In this document: positions 7,813 to 18,318 of the stretch, piece after piece
Layout: every line of letters begins with the position of its first letter
Position numbering within the stretch: the first letter of the stretch is position 1
Assembly (NCBI GenBank): GCA_900617105.1
Contig: UYFQ01000732.1
Location: forward strand, 1-64,000
Source: Hydrurus foetidus
Taxonomy: Eukaryota
DNA length: 64,000 bases
Direction: 5' to 3'
The notes under the pieces: generated by a model
Told to the model about the DNA's origin: nothing
Database searches by the model: none
The model's input: only the letters and a program-made list of their open reading frames with translations
Position numbers and translations under genes: made by a program

Positions 7813-9803
7813 CCAACCACACGGGCCAATTTGAAGAAGACGTCGGTGTTGTCCATCACGCCAGTGAATGCAATGGCACCGCGGCCAAACGCAGACAAGG
7901 GCACATCAGTAGCCGTGTGCACGGCTTGATCGCCGGGTACTTGGCCGGTGATCAAAAAGCCGGTCTTTGCATTGCGCATATTGGGGTTCTCTGGATAGCC
8001 ATTGAGCGGCGATTGACCGACAAAAGGCTGCTGAGAGTCTTGTGTTGGCGTCGCGTTCGCCAGCCAGGTCTCATATCTGTCGGCGTTGGCGCCATATCCG
8101 ATCAGCATTTTGTAGTCCACATCGGTGCTGGTTGGGTAGCCGTCGGACGACATGGTGTACTTCGGGAATTTTGCAGCTTGGTAAGTTCCCACAATGGCGT
8201 CACGCTGAGCGGCAACGCCCGGCGTATTGGTTGCATCACGCACTGCACTGATTGGCTTGGTAGATGCCCCAATGATGGAGGCTCCTGAACACTCATGGTC
8301 CGCGGTAACGATGACAATGGTGTCAGGGTGTTTTGTAGCGAAGTCCTTGGCCACTTGCACGGCGCGATCGAATTCAATGACTTCAAGCAACCAGCGGTCC
8401 GTGTCCATCAAGTGCGACTGCTTGTCGATGGAAGCGCCCTCAATCATGGCAACAAAGCCCTTTTTGTTCTTCGCCAAGACCGATAGTGCGGCGCCTGTCA
8501 TCTCGTCCAACATGGGCTGGTCTGGAAAGCCATAGTCATCAACGATGGTCGAAGCACCGCGGCGCTTGTTGATCTTGTCGAAAGCCACGTTCATATTGGA
8601 ATATGCAAACAGGCCAAGCAACTTGTCGGGTCGTGCCGCAAGCGCGGCGTCCAGACCCGCACGATCAGGCGCGTAGGCGTAGCCAGCCTTCTGAAAATCA
8701 GAGAGCAGATCACGCTCTGCGTCTTTTTTGCCCGCCGATGCTTTCCAACCATTCACGATGTCGGACGGCAGCACATAGTCGCTGCGGTTGTCGCGCTGTG
8801 AACCATTCATGGGCTGACCACTGCGCGAACCGTCTGCTTTGAGTGCGTCTCCGTTAGGCAAAAACCATTTCCGGCCGCCCCCCATCAAGACAGATAGGCC
8901 AGAGAGATGGCGATCGTCCAGAAATTGGTCCACGATGCCGGTGCCATTGCCGCGATTGCTGGTGTGCACCGCCATCGAGGCTGGTGTGGCGTCGAATACG
9001 TCGGCCGTTGTCACCACTCCAAGTGCCTTTCCTTGGGTCCGATGCAGGTATTCCGACAAATATTCAATGCGTGGGTTATCAAATGCGTCGGCGGTGTCAT
9101 CGGGCCAAACGCCTTCTTGGTTGTTCGCCGATTTGTTGCCCGTCACATAGTTGGACATGCCAGGGGAAGAATCTGTCACCAGCGCATCCAGAGACGACGT
9201 CATTACCATGCCGGTGAAGGGAAAGGTGTCCATTGCCAAGCGGCCTTGCGCCTTGCCTTGGGCATAGCCCTGACCCATGATGCGGGCGGCAGTGCGATGC
9301 GTGGCTCCCATGCCATCGCCCAGCAAAATGATGATGTTTTTGGCTGGGCGACCTTCCCGGCCCAGCGCGACCACCTCAAAATTTCCTTTTGCAGAAACAG
9401 ATTGCCCGTCGCTCTGCGTAGCCTGAACGGTCAAGACGTGCACGCCTGGTTTGCTCAAAGAATAGGCGCGCTGTGACACAACCGCGGCATTGGTGTCCTT
9501 GGGCAAGGACAAGCCAGTCGTCACGATGCTGGTAGTGCCTGCCGCGGGCTTGGTGGCCACGCCGTCGATGAGAAACTTGAACTCTTTCAGCGTCGTACCC
9601 GCATCAAGCCGCACAGTCGCTTGCAGATCAAAACGTTGCCCAGGAAGGAAACGCGCAATAAAGGGCGGGTTGGGGTTCTGCGACGCAAAGAGCTCGCTGG
9701 GTGGGGTCAGGCGCGACACCGTTGGGGCAGCAAACCCAGCAGTCCAGCCGGAGCACAGCAGCAACGCCGCGGTTAGGGGACGGAAATTAATGTTGAAAAA
9801 CAT
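7803..9803 (-). CDS. phoA: Alkaline phosphatase (PhoA family) with N-terminal beta-rich extension and signal peptide
   Basis: GDGMG, VTDSS (Ser nucleophile), ATPA, EGASIDKQSH, TADHE, HTATDV metal-binding motifs. Confidence 0.85.
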   Translation of the reverse strand: MFFNINFRPLTAALLLCSGWTAGFAAPTVSRLTPPSELFASQNPNPPFIARFLPGQRFDLQATVRLDAGTTLKEFKFLIDGVATKPAAGTTSIVTTGLSLPKDTNAAVVSQRAYSLSKPGVHVLTVQATQSDGQSVSAKGNFEVVALGREGRPAKNIIILLGDGMGATHRTAARIMGQGYAQGKAQGRLAMDTFPFTGMVMTSSLDALVTDSSPGMSNYVTGNKSANNQEGVWPDDTADAFDNPRIEYLSEYLHRTQGKALGVVTTADVFDATPASMAVHTSNRGNGTGIVDQFLDDRHLSGLSVLMGGGRKWFLPNGDALKADGSRSGQPMNGSQRDNRSDYVLPSDIVNGWKASAGKKDAERDLLSDFQKAGYAYAPDRAGLDAALAARPDKLLGLFAYSNMNVAFDKINKRRGASTIVDDYGFPDQPMLDEMTGAALSVLAKNKKGFVAMIEGASIDKQSHLMDTDRWLLEVIEFDRAVQVAKDFATKHPDTIVIVTADHECSGASIIGASTKPISAVRDATNTPGVAAQRDAIVGTYQAAKFPKYTMSSDGYPTSTDVDYKMLIGYGANADRYETWLANATPTQDSQQPFVGQSPLNGYPENPNMRNAKTGFLITGQVPGDQAVHTATDVPLSAFGRGAIAFTGVMDNTDVFFKLARVVGAR

Positions 9804-10332
9804 GCGCGAATTCCAAAGTTGAGGCAGAAGAAACAGTCAGCGGCACGGTGAATTTTTGAGGTTCACTTTCCAGTCGGAGACGGACAAAGGAAGTGCGACC
9901 GTCGATCTCGGGTTTGGCGCCCAATTCCAACGTGCCCTGCACAGAGATCAGTCCGACCATGTGTTGCACATATCCGGCGCTGCTAATGGAGGGGAGATGC
10001 ACGTACAGCACGCTGGCTGGTAGGTCGTCGGCAAAACTTTCGTCTTCGTCTCCCAACGCGACGGGCAGCGGGGAAAGTATGAAAAGGCCGGGTACTGCGG
10101 TTTCACCGTCTTGACGTGCCATGTAGCCCACCATCCGCACGTGCTTGCCGTCCAATGCCAGCAGTTTTGGACTGACTTGCAGGCCTCGGGGCCCAATGGG
10201 CAGTTTGAAGAAATCAGCAAACCTCAAATCGGCGTAGGTAGTGCTGACGTCGCTCGGCGAGATGTCGGTGGCGAAAGCATTCTGCAGAGGCAACAGAAAC
10301 GCCAGCAGCATTGCTATCTTCAAATGGCGCAT
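9787..10332 (-). CDS. Exported hypothetical protein, DUF3299-like
   Basis: Signal peptide; LDGKHVRMVGYM and ISVQGTL OB-fold-like segments; overlaps the phosphatase start. Confidence 0.65.
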   Translation of the reverse strand: MRHLKIAMLLAFLLPLQNAFATDISPSDVSTTYADLRFADFFKLPIGPRGLQVSPKLLALDGKHVRMVGYMARQDGETAVPGLFILSPLPVALGDEDESFADDLPASVLYVHLPSISSAGYVQHMVGLISVQGTLELGAKPEIDGRTSFVRLRLESEPQKFTVPLTVSSASTLEFAHVFQH

Positions 10333-10379
10333 CAAAAGCTCCTGTGTGTCGAGTCGCAATGGCTACTCAAACGCCCCAC

Positions 10380-10413
10380 AGGCTAGCGGTTCAACGTGTC
10401 AAATTGATTACAG
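10380..10413 (-). promoter_or_regulatory. Pho box plus -10 element
   Basis: Minus strand CTGTAAT-caat-TTGACAC (11-bp period), then exactly 10 nt to TAGCCT, upstream of the phosphatase operon. Confidence 0.65.
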
Positions 10414-10543
10414 AGGCGCAGTTGTCGCTCAAGGTGTGAAAGGACTCGCACGTGCCTCAAACGGTAAGCCGGCGAAGGGGAAAGCAGGCGTTCGATCGTC
10501 CCTAGAGGACTACAAAGTTCTGGCTTTCCCCACCCCAACTTTG

Positions 10544-11125
10544 TTACGCGGCGGTCGGCAAGCTCTCTTTAGCGGGTTGCAATACCTTGGCTTGGTTGGT
10601 TGCGCCAAACTGGATGTCGCCCATCAGTTGGCCGCCCTCTTGGATCACCACCTTGCCGTAGCGGATCTTGCCGCTCACGCGCCCGGTGGAATAAATCACC
10701 AGTTTTTCGCGCACCGTTAAATCCCCGTTGAATTCGCCGTGGATCTCGGCGTAGTCGATATCGGCCGAGCCTTTGAACGCGCCGATCTCCGTGATGTGCA
10801 TGACGCGTGAGTCCATGGTCGCCTCCACCGAGCCTTCCACCACCAGCGTGTCGCAGTCGGTAATTTCCACGCCCTTGAGCTTGATGTTGGGGCCTACGGT
10901 GAGCTTGCTGCCACCTTCCTTGGCAGGCGCACCCGAAAGGACTGGCACGGCAGCGCTGCTGGGGGGTGTTGTGGCCACGGGTGGCGGGGTAACCGGTGTA
11001 TTGACTCCATGGCTGACTCCGGCACCCGTGCCGGCGCCCGACATTACGGCGGGCTGGTTTGGAGTGGGTCGGGTAGTGACAGGGTCTGGGGGGCGTTTAC
11101 CAAAAAAAGGGGGTTGCATCGTCAT
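10544..11125 (-). CDS. Bactofilin (polymer-forming cytoskeletal protein)
   Basis: Pro-rich N-terminal tail; LVVEGSVEA...AEIHGEFNGDL...TGRVSGKIRYGKVVIQEGG beta-helix repeats. Confidence 0.85.
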   Translation of the reverse strand: MTMQPPFFGKRPPDPVTTRPTPNQPAVMSGAGTGAGVSHGVNTPVTPPPVATTPPSSAAVPVLSGAPAKEGGSKLTVGPNIKLKGVEITDCDTLVVEGSVEATMDSRVMHITEIGAFKGSADIDYAEIHGEFNGDLTVREKLVIYSTGRVSGKIRYGKVVIQEGGQLMGDIQFGATNQAKVLQPAKESLPTAA

Positions 11126-11655
11126 CCGAATTCTTTCAAAAAGAGGAAGAATGGATACTAGGTCCGCAACTCCTTGAAGGCCCTTTGTCAATTGAAACAG
11201 CTCTGGTTCAAATGCCACCAAATGTTGACCGTAGGGCCCGGAGCACTCAGTTTTTTTGCAACCACTTTGATCAATCCGACCTTATGGGCAGCATCGGCAT
11301 CGGCCCTTCGGAAAATGGCAAGGAGTTCGGCATGGCCACTGAAGGCGGGGTGACTTCCCAAGAGCGTCGCTCACGGCGGCGAAATACCCGCTGGCGATGC
11401 AATAGAGCTGCCCGCTCGCGCTTGGTGAAGTTGCTATAAGAGGAAGTTCAACAGTGCCGATTCTGCGATTGGGGCATGGGCTTCTGCACGGCCCCTTGGA
11501 ATGTGCTCCTCACGCTCGGACTGGCCCAGTGGTCGAAACTCTCCAAGCAACTGACGTCTGACGCCGGTGCTTCGGCCGGCTTGCACCTGCTACTGCAGTT
11601 CTGGCAAGGTTCGCAGGGATTCCGGATCTACCGTGCTTCTGGAGGGAATTTAAGA

Positions 11656-11711
11656 CGAATCGGCCTCCAGCCCCCGTATCCATTGCATCATCTGCTTCTT
11701 TTTTGATAGTA
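11656..11711 (+). repeat. 56-bp dispersed repeat, copy 3 (diverged)
   Basis: cgaatcggcctccagcccccgtatccattgcatcatctgcttcttttttgatagta. Confidence 0.8.
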
Positions 11712-11734
11712 ATTCTTCCCCAGAAAAAACTCGA

Positions 11735-12679
11735 TCAGAGCGCAGCAACCAGTTCGGGCACCGCCACAAACAGATCAGCTTCCAGCCCAAAGTCGGCCAC
11801 ACTGAAGATGGGGGCTTCGGGATCCTTGTTGATCGCTACGATGACCTTGCTGTCCTTCATGCCGGCCAAATGCTGGATGGCACCGCTGATACCGCAGGCG
11901 ATATACAACTGGGGGGCCACGATCTTGCCCGTCTGGCCCACTTGCCAGTCGTTGGGGGCGTAGCCCGCGTCCACCGCAGCGCGCGAGGCACCCAGTGCCG
12001 CACCCAGCTTGTCGGCCAGCGGCGTCATGACTTCCATGAATTTCTCGCTGGATCCCAAGGCACGCCCACCGGACACGATGATCTTGGCAGCAGTCAGCTC
12101 GGGGCGGTCGTTCTTGGCGATCTCGGAGCCCACGAAGGTGACGCTGGCGTTGGTCGCGACGGCAGCCACCGTTTCCACGGCAGCGCTGCCACCAGTGGCG
12201 GCAGCGGGGTCAAAGCCGGTGGTGCGCACGGTCAACACCTTCACGGTATCCGTCGCTTGCACCGTTGCAATGGCGTTGCCGGCGTAGATGGGGCGCTCGA
12301 ACGTGTCGGCGCTGATGACCTTGGTGATGTCGGACACCTGGCCCACGTCCAGCTTGGCTGCCACGCGGGGGGCAATGTTTTTGCCCGACGCGGTGGCGGG
12401 GAACACGATGTGGCTGTAGGCAGAAGCAATAGCCAGCACCTGAGCGGCCACGTTTTCGGCCAGGCCGTGCTCAAACGCGGCGCTGTCTGCGTGGATGACT
12501 TTGGTGACCCCAGCGATCTGGGCCGCAGCGGCGGCCGCAGCCCCTGCGTTGTGGCCGGCGATCAGCACGTGCACATCGCCACCAGCCTGTGCGGCAGCGG
12601 TCACGGTGTTCAGGGTCGCACCTTTGATGGATGCATTGTCGTGTTCGGCCACAACAAGAGCTTTGGCGAGTGCGGTCAT
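11735..12679 (-). CDS. etfA: Electron transfer flavoprotein alpha subunit
   Basis: [48 protein letters not shown]. Confidence 0.95.
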   Translation of the reverse strand: MTALAKALVVAEHDNASIKGATLNTVTAAAQAGGDVHVLIAGHNAGAAAAAAAQIAGVTKVIHADSAAFEHGLAENVAAQVLAIASAYSHIVFPATASGKNIAPRVAAKLDVGQVSDITKVISADTFERPIYAGNAIATVQATDTVKVLTVRTTGFDPAAATGGSAAVETVAAVATNASVTFVGSEIAKNDRPELTAAKIIVSGGRALGSSEKFMEVMTPLADKLGAALGASRAAVDAGYAPNDWQVGQTGKIVAPQLYIACGISGAIQHLAGMKDSKVIVAINKDPEAPIFSVADFGLEADLFVAVPELVAAL

Positions 12680-12681
12680 GG

Positions 12682-13431
12682 TCAGATTACCTTTGCAACG
12701 TTCTTCAGTTTGTCCACCAGCGTGGCGACATCGGGCACCTTGATGCCGGCGCTGCGCTTGGCGGGCTCGGCCACCGAGAGGGTCTTGATACGGGGAGTCA
12801 CGTCCACGCCCAGGTCTTCGGGCTTGAAGATGTCGAGCTGCTTCTTCTTGGCCTTCATGATGTTGGGCAAGGTCACGTAGCGGGGCTCGTTGAGGCGCAA
12901 GTCGGTGGTGATGATGGCTGGGAGCGTGATGGAGAGGGTTTCCGAGCCGCCGTCGACTTCGCGGGTCACATTGGCCTTGCCGTCGGCCACTTCGATCTTG
13001 GAGGCGAAGGTGGCTTGGGGCAGGTCGGCCAGGGCCGCCAGCATTTGGCCGGTCTGGTTGCAATCGTCGTCAATGGCTTGTTTGCCCAGAATCACCAGGC
13101 CGGGCTGCTCTTTGTCGATCAGGGCTTTGAGCAGTTTGGCCACGGCCAGGGGCTGTAGCTCTTCCGTGGTTTCCACCAGGATGGCGCGGTCCGCGCCGAT
13201 GGCCATGGCGGTACGCAGGGTTTCCTGGCACTGGGTCACACCGCAGGAGACTGCAATCACTTCCGTGACCACGCCCTTTTCCCTCAAACGCACGGCTTCT
13301 TCCACTGCAATCTCGTCAAAGGGGTTCATGCTCATCTTGACGTTGGCGATGTCTACACCCGTGCCGTCCGATTTGACTCGGACCTTCACGTTGTAGTCGA
13401 CCACGCGTTTGACAGTAACAAGTGCTTTCAC
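12682..13431 (-). CDS. etfB: Electron transfer flavoprotein beta subunit
   Basis: GTG start with [39 protein letters not shown]. Confidence 0.95.
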   Translation of the reverse strand: MKALVTVKRVVDYNVKVRVKSDGTGVDIANVKMSMNPFDEIAVEEAVRLREKGVVTEVIAVSCGVTQCQETLRTAMAIGADRAILVETTEELQPLAVAKLLKALIDKEQPGLVILGKQAIDDDCNQTGQMLAALADLPQATFASKIEVADGKANVTREVDGGSETLSITLPAIITTDLRLNEPRYVTLPNIMKAKKKQLDIFKPEDLGVDVTPRIKTLSVAEPAKRSAGIKVPDVATLVDKLKNVAKVI

Positions 13432-13492
13432 GAATGCTCCAAGAAATGAGTGCTCCAGCATGGAGCTGGGGCAAATTTTGAAATGTTGGCGG

Positions 13493-14371
13493 TCAATTGC
13501 CGCCAGATCGCTCGATTGAGAAAAAACCGCCGGTGCGGGCCCGCATCAGATGCAAACCGCGCTTAGCTGCCTCTGGTATGTGGGCGTCAATGTCTTGCGG
13601 AGCGATGGTGCTGAAGTCGAACAAGCCATAGTGATGGGCGATAAGGTGGGGTATGCCCGCCGCAACGGCAATATCCACGGCTTCACCCAAGGTAAAGTTG
13701 CCCGGCACTCCGTTGTCCAAACGCTCGGTGTCCCGCCCATTGACGGGCAGCAGCGCTACATCAATATGGAGGGTGCGCAGATGCTCCACCAGTCCGTCAT
13801 ACGGAATGCAGTCGCCTGAGTGGTAGATGCGAAAACCATCGACGTCCAAGACGTAACCCAACCATTCGCTGCGACCTTGTCCATCCATTTTCAGTTCTTC
13901 GTGAGCCGAAGCAATGGCATGCAAACTGACCCTGGAGCCGAGTGCAAGTGTTCGGCCTTGATCTGCCATAAGCAACCGCTCTGGCCCTACACCGCACCGC
14001 TTTGTCGCCTCCCCCATTGATGCTTCAGGCACCACGAATTGCAATGCGGTATTGGCTTGCGCCATGGGCTGCAGCGTACCCGGGTCCATATGGTCTGTGT
14101 GTCGGTGCGTACACAGCACATAGTCCACTGAATGCAAGTCATGCGGTGCAATGGGGGCAACCATCATGCGCGTGTGCGGATAACGAGTCCCCTTGTATTT
14201 CTCTGCCAAGGAATCGGATAGGTAGGGATCTATGACAAAGCGACCAAAAGCACTATTCACCACAAATCCGGCTTGCCCCAACCAGTACAACGACAAACCG
14301 TCAGACGGCGGCACTGCCGACACCGCATCCAATCTCTGAGTCAAAGATTCTGTAAATGGCGCCCAGCGCAT
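13493..14371 (-). CDS. Metallo-beta-lactamase-fold hydrolase, UlaG-like (probable sugar lactonase)
   Basis: WLGQAGF, IDPYLS, THRHTDH (HxHxDH), HSGD, LLPVNG; start uncertain (14371 or 14395). Confidence 0.8.
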   Translation of the reverse strand: MRWAPFTESLTQRLDAVSAVPPSDGLSLYWLGQAGFVVNSAFGRFVIDPYLSDSLAEKYKGTRYPHTRMMVAPIAPHDLHSVDYVLCTHRHTDHMDPGTLQPMAQANTALQFVVPEASMGEATKRCGVGPERLLMADQGRTLALGSRVSLHAIASAHEELKMDGQGRSEWLGYVLDVDGFRIYHSGDCIPYDGLVEHLRTLHIDVALLPVNGRDTERLDNGVPGNFTLGEAVDIAVAAGIPHLIAHHYGLFDFSTIAPQDIDAHIPEAAKRGLHLMRARTGGFFSIERSGGN

Positions 14372-14385
14372 GTATGGCCGCGCAT

Positions 14386-15159
14386 TTACCAACACGCGTA
14401 GCCACCATCGGCCAACACAATGGAGCCGGTCATCAAACTGGATGCCTCGCTGGCCAGAAAAAGAACCACTGCGGCGACTTCGTCCGGTCGTCCCATGCGG
14501 TTCATGGGCGTGCCGCCCACCCAGTGGCGCAGCATCTCCGGATCGTCGTAGACGTAGCGATTCATCTCGGTCTCGATGTAGGTGGGCGCTACCGCATTAA
14601 CGCGCACACCGCGGGCGCCCCACTCGGCGGCCAAGGAGCGCGTCAGGTGGTGCACGGCGGCTTTGGAAGCGTTGTAGTTGGCCTGCTCCTGAGGACGGTT
14701 GACAATGAACCCCGACATAGATCCGACATTGACAATGCTGCCACCGCCCTGCTTCAGCATGGAGTTACCAAACGCACGGCAACACCAGAAGGTGCCATTT
14801 AGGTTGACGTCAATCACTTTGTTCCAAACGTCGTCAGACATGGTCTCGGCGGGGTGATTGGAAATGGCAATGCCCGCGTTGTTAACCAGAATATTCACCA
14901 CAGAGTGGCGTTCCACGATGGCTGCATGGGCGAGCGCAACCTGCTTCGCGTCGGTCACATCCAGCAGTTGCTGATCCACGCTGTGACCCAGCGCACGCAA
15001 GGATTGGGTACCGGCTGACAGAGAAGCTTCTTGCATGTCTGTCAACACCACAGTGGCACCAGCTTCGGCCAAGGCTTGCGCGCACGCATAACCTATGCCT
15101 TGCGCAGCACCGGTGACAACAGCAGTTTTTCCATTGAGCTTGAATCTATCGAGAATCAT
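14386..15159 (-). CDS. SDR oxidoreductase, polyol dehydrogenase-like
   Basis: TGAAQGIG, NNAGI, GSMSGFIVNRPQEQANYNASK. Confidence 0.85.
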   Translation of the reverse strand: MILDRFKLNGKTAVVTGAAQGIGYACAQALAEAGATVVLTDMQEASLSAGTQSLRALGHSVDQQLLDVTDAKQVALAHAAIVERHSVVNILVNNAGIAISNHPAETMSDDVWNKVIDVNLNGTFWCCRAFGNSMLKQGGGSIVNVGSMSGFIVNRPQEQANYNASKAAVHHLTRSLAAEWGARGVRVNAVAPTYIETEMNRYVYDDPEMLRHWVGGTPMNRMGRPDEVAAVVLFLASEASSLMTGSIVLADGGYACW

Positions 15160-15174
15160 GAGGCGCCTGAATCC

Positions 15175-15837
15175 TTAGGAGGTTGTAATTTGATCTAGTT
15201 GGTTTTTGAGTATGGGCCACAAGTTATGCGGTTCTGCAGCATGCACACCCTCTGGGTATTGCGAGCTAGCGGACGCTACCTCAGGCCAGCCGACAACACG
15301 CATGCCAGCATGCAGGCCTGCCGCGGCCCCGGCATTGCTGTCTTCAACAACCACACAATCACTGGCCTGTACGCCCAGCAACCAAGCGGCGCGCAGATAG
15401 GGTTCAGGATGTGGCTTTCCTTCTCGAACGTCATTGCGGGACACTGTGGTCATGTCAGGTCGGCTGAGACCTAGCGCACGCAGACTCGCATCCAGCAGGA
15501 TCCGGTCGGAGTTGGTGACCACTGCAATATGGCAGCCACTGTCTTGCGCCTCTTGCATGGCCTCCCGCGCCCCCGGCCGCCAATGCAGCTCGTGGATGCG
15601 ATCCAGAAAAGCCTGGTGTTTCGCGGCCGATAGTTCTGCATAGCTGACATTCAGCTTGGTTTGCCGTTGCAAAGCCTCAAAGGTGGCAAGCATCGTGAGC
15701 CCGGTCATCTGCTGGTCAAAACCATCCGGCTTCTGAATTCCAAGCTTGCGAAGCACATCATCAATGGCGCGGTGATGCGTCTCTTCACTGATGACCAGTG
15801 TTCCATCCATATCAAACAAAACCGCTCGTTTGCTCAT
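15175..15837 (-). CDS. HAD-family phosphatase
   Basis: FDMDGTL, VVTNS, KPHPEPY, EDS. Confidence 0.9.
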   Translation of the reverse strand: MSKRAVLFDMDGTLVISEETHHRAIDDVLRKLGIQKPDGFDQQMTGLTMLATFEALQRQTKLNVSYAELSAAKHQAFLDRIHELHWRPGAREAMQEAQDSGCHIAVVTNSDRILLDASLRALGLSRPDMTTVSRNDVREGKPHPEPYLRAAWLLGVQASDCVVVEDSNAGAAAGLHAGMRVVGWPEVASASSQYPEGVHAAEPHNLWPILKNQLDQITTS

Positions 15838-17336
15838 AAAGCCAAATCATCCAGATCGTTGTACATTGCCTGCGAGTGCAGGTAGAGTTTTTCAAATACA
15901 GGTTGCATGCGGCTGTAGACGTCTCGCCACTGGGGTTCGGGCAGTACATCGGCCTCGTACTTCACCAAAGCTTCTGCCGCCTCCTGCACAGAAGAGAAAT
16001 ACTCGAGCGCCGTTTGGGCCATAGCCGCACAGCCGACCAGACCACATTCCGCCTCTCTGGGCACGGCAATGGGAAGGTCATAGACACTGGCCTTGATGCG
16101 CAGCCAAAACGCCGTGCGCGCACCGCCACCCGAGGCCACCAGGCGTTCCAACTTGCGGCCCTGTGCGACTTCCAATTGCCTGATATTTCGTTGGATAGCG
16201 AAGGCCACGCCTTCCAGCACCGCGCGGTCCATGTGGGAAGATCCGTGCGCAGCCCCAAGTCCAAAGAACTGTGCCCGTGCATTGCGATGTTGACCCAAGC
16301 GTTCCCCGGTCAGGTACGGCACGAAAAAAACTCCCTCACTGCCTGCCGTTGCCGTGGACGCGTTCGCCACCAACTCGGCGTAACTGAGTTGCGAGCCATG
16401 CAGCGCTCGGCGCGCCCAGCGCATGGCGTCCCCCCCCGACTCCAGCAACATGAAGGCACCCCAATCCCCTTCGACCGTGCCCAGGTTGCAGACCTCCGCA
16501 TGCAAGGTCGGCTTGGGTGACACCAGGGTAACGATGCAGGAAGTTCCGATCATCTCTGAACCCATACCCGGTTGGCATACACCTGATCCCAGCAAAGCGG
16601 TGGCAAAGTCACTGGCACCTACCAGTACAGGCGTGCCAGCGAGCAGTCCGGTTTCCACTGCGGCCGCCTTGGTGACGGCACCCAAAACATCTATGGGGCT
16701 GCGTATGGGGGGCAGCTTGTCGATGTCCAAGCCCATATCGCTACAGGTCTGCGCAGACCAGGCCCCAGTTTCTGGATCCATCAGAAAGCTGCAGGCCGCC
16801 TCGGTACGGTCCATGGCCACTTCACCTGTTAGCTGGAAGTTGATGAAATCCTTGGGCGCCAACACTTTCCAGGCCGACTGATAGGCCTGCCCATCGTTGT
16901 CGCGCAACCACTGCAGCTTGAATGCCGGCCAGGCCGGAGTGGCGGGGTTGGCGGTCCGGCCCAGATAGTCGGCACTTGCGTGCGCCAGTTCAAAAGCGCT
17001 TACATGGGCACTGGTGCGCTTGTCGTTCCACAGTGGTGCAGTGTCACGGCACAATGCGCCGGCGGCGTTGATCAACACGGTTCCATGCATCTGACCGCAA
17101 CCCACCACCATGGCAATGCGGTTGCGGGCATCCGGCATACGCTCCAGCAACTCGCGAATGGACGCGACCACACCCGCCCACCAGTCCATGGGCGCTTGCT
17201 CCGACCAACCAAACCGGCGGACAATTTGCGATTGTTCGCGCGCAGCAATAGCAACAATTGCACCGTCTGCATTCATCAATGCAGCACGCGCGCTGCCCGT
17301 TCCAACGTCAATGGCCAAGGTCAAGTCAGGTCGCAT
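15834..17336 (-). CDS. FGGY carbohydrate kinase (xylulokinase-like)
   Basis: IDVGTGS, GQMHG, LWNDKR, PYLTGER, SGGGA. Confidence 0.9.
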   Translation of the reverse strand: MRPDLTLAIDVGTGSARAALMNADGAIVAIAAREQSQIVRRFGWSEQAPMDWWAGVVASIRELLERMPDARNRIAMVVGCGQMHGTVLINAAGALCRDTAPLWNDKRTSAHVSAFELAHASADYLGRTANPATPAWPAFKLQWLRDNDGQAYQSAWKVLAPKDFINFQLTGEVAMDRTEAACSFLMDPETGAWSAQTCSDMGLDIDKLPPIRSPIDVLGAVTKAAAVETGLLAGTPVLVGASDFATALLGSGVCQPGMGSEMIGTSCIVTLVSPKPTLHAEVCNLGTVEGDWGAFMLLESGGDAMRWARRALHGSQLSYAELVANASTATAGSEGVFFVPYLTGERLGQHRNARAQFFGLGAAHGSSHMDRAVLEGVAFAIQRNIRQLEVAQGRKLERLVASGGGARTAFWLRIKASVYDLPIAVPREAECGLVGCAAMAQTALEYFSSVQEAAEALVKYEADVLPEPQWRDVYSRMQPVFEKLYLHSQAMYNDLDDLAL

Positions 17337-17376
17337 CACCAAGTCTTTTCAAGGGTTCAAATCGACGGAGCGCGCT

Positions 17377-18318
17377 TCAGTGCCGCGACGCCGCAGCGCT
17401 ACGCTGCGCGAGGATGGCCACCAGAATGATGACGCCCATGACCACCTGCTGGTGGTAGCCCGGCACGCTGGTCAGATTCATGATGTTGGCAATCACTCCC
17501 AAGATCACCACGCCCACCAGTGTGTTGAGAACATTGCCGCGTCCACCGGCCAGACTAGCACCACCAATCACCACGGCGGCAATCACGGTCAGCTCGTCAC
17601 CCACACCCACTGTGGGCGCACCCACGCCTGCACGGGCTGTCGAAATAATGCCAGCAATGGATGCCAGAACACCTGACACCAAGTAGGTGAGCAGCACGTG
17701 ACGCCCTACCGGCACGCCGGACAAACGCACCGCCTCCTCGTTGGAACCGACGGCACGCACGACACGGCCAGGACGCGTCAAACCCAAAAACAGCGCCCCC
17801 ACTAGGAAAACAATCAACATCAATGCTGTTGGCATGGGAACCTGCAGGAACGTCTCGCGGCCAAAGTCCAACAACAAGGCGCCCGGTTCGTCCACCAGAA
17901 TAGGCGAACCATTCGACACAATCAGTGCGAGGCCTCGCGCCACAGTCATCATGGCCAGCGTGACAACAAAGGGACTCAAGCGGTACTTGGAAACCAGCAC
18001 GCCATTGACCACACCACAGACCAGGCCGGAACCCAGGCCGGCGACCAGGCCCATTGCCAGGCCGTGGTCGGGTATCAGCATGGCGGTCAGCACGCTGGAC
18101 AGCGCGGCCACCGAGCCCACCGACAGATCTATGCCACCGGTCAGTACGACAAGCAACATCCCCATGGACATGATGCCAAACCCGGCAATCTGGCGCGAGA
18201 TATTGGACAAATTGGGAGAAGTGAAGAAGTCTGCAGACACCAGGGATGCTGCCACTATCAAGGCGATCAGGATAGCCAGCGTGGCGTAATTCTTCAGATT
18301 TTTGAGGGTGAAATTCAT
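17377..18318 (-). CDS. Sugar ABC transporter permease (CUT2/RbsC-like)
   Basis: TGGIDLSVG, AVGSNEEAVRLSG, IAAVVIGGASLAGG. Confidence 0.92.
   Translation of the reverse strand: MNFTLKNLKNYATLAILIALIVAASLVSADFFTSPNLSNISRQIAGFGIMSMGMLLVVLTGGIDLSVGSVAALSSVLTAMLIPDHGLAMGLVAGLGSGLVCGVVNGVLVSKYRLSPFVVTLAMMTVARGLALIVSNGSPILVDEPGALLLDFGRETFLQVPMPTALMLIVFLVGALFLGLTRPGRVVRAVGSNEEAVRLSGVPVGRHVLLTYLVSGVLASIAGIISTARAGVGAPTVGVGDELTVIAAVVIGGASLAGGRGNVLNTLVGVVILGVIANIMNLTSVPGYHQQVVMGVIILVAILAQRSAAASRH

Noticed and set aside
11230..11650. Possible decayed GntR FCD remnant on the minus strand (LLHRQRVFRR.../HAELLAIFRRADADAA), or a reverse-oriented degenerate 56-bp repeat near 11432
   Set aside because: Both need frameshifts or gaps and conflict with each other. 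Not supportable without a search. If the reverse copy is real it weakens the strand-bias claim.
11735..13063. 442-aa ORF suggesting an N-terminally extended EtfA
   Set aside because: The extension overlaps etfB in another frame; the real start is the ATG at 12679.
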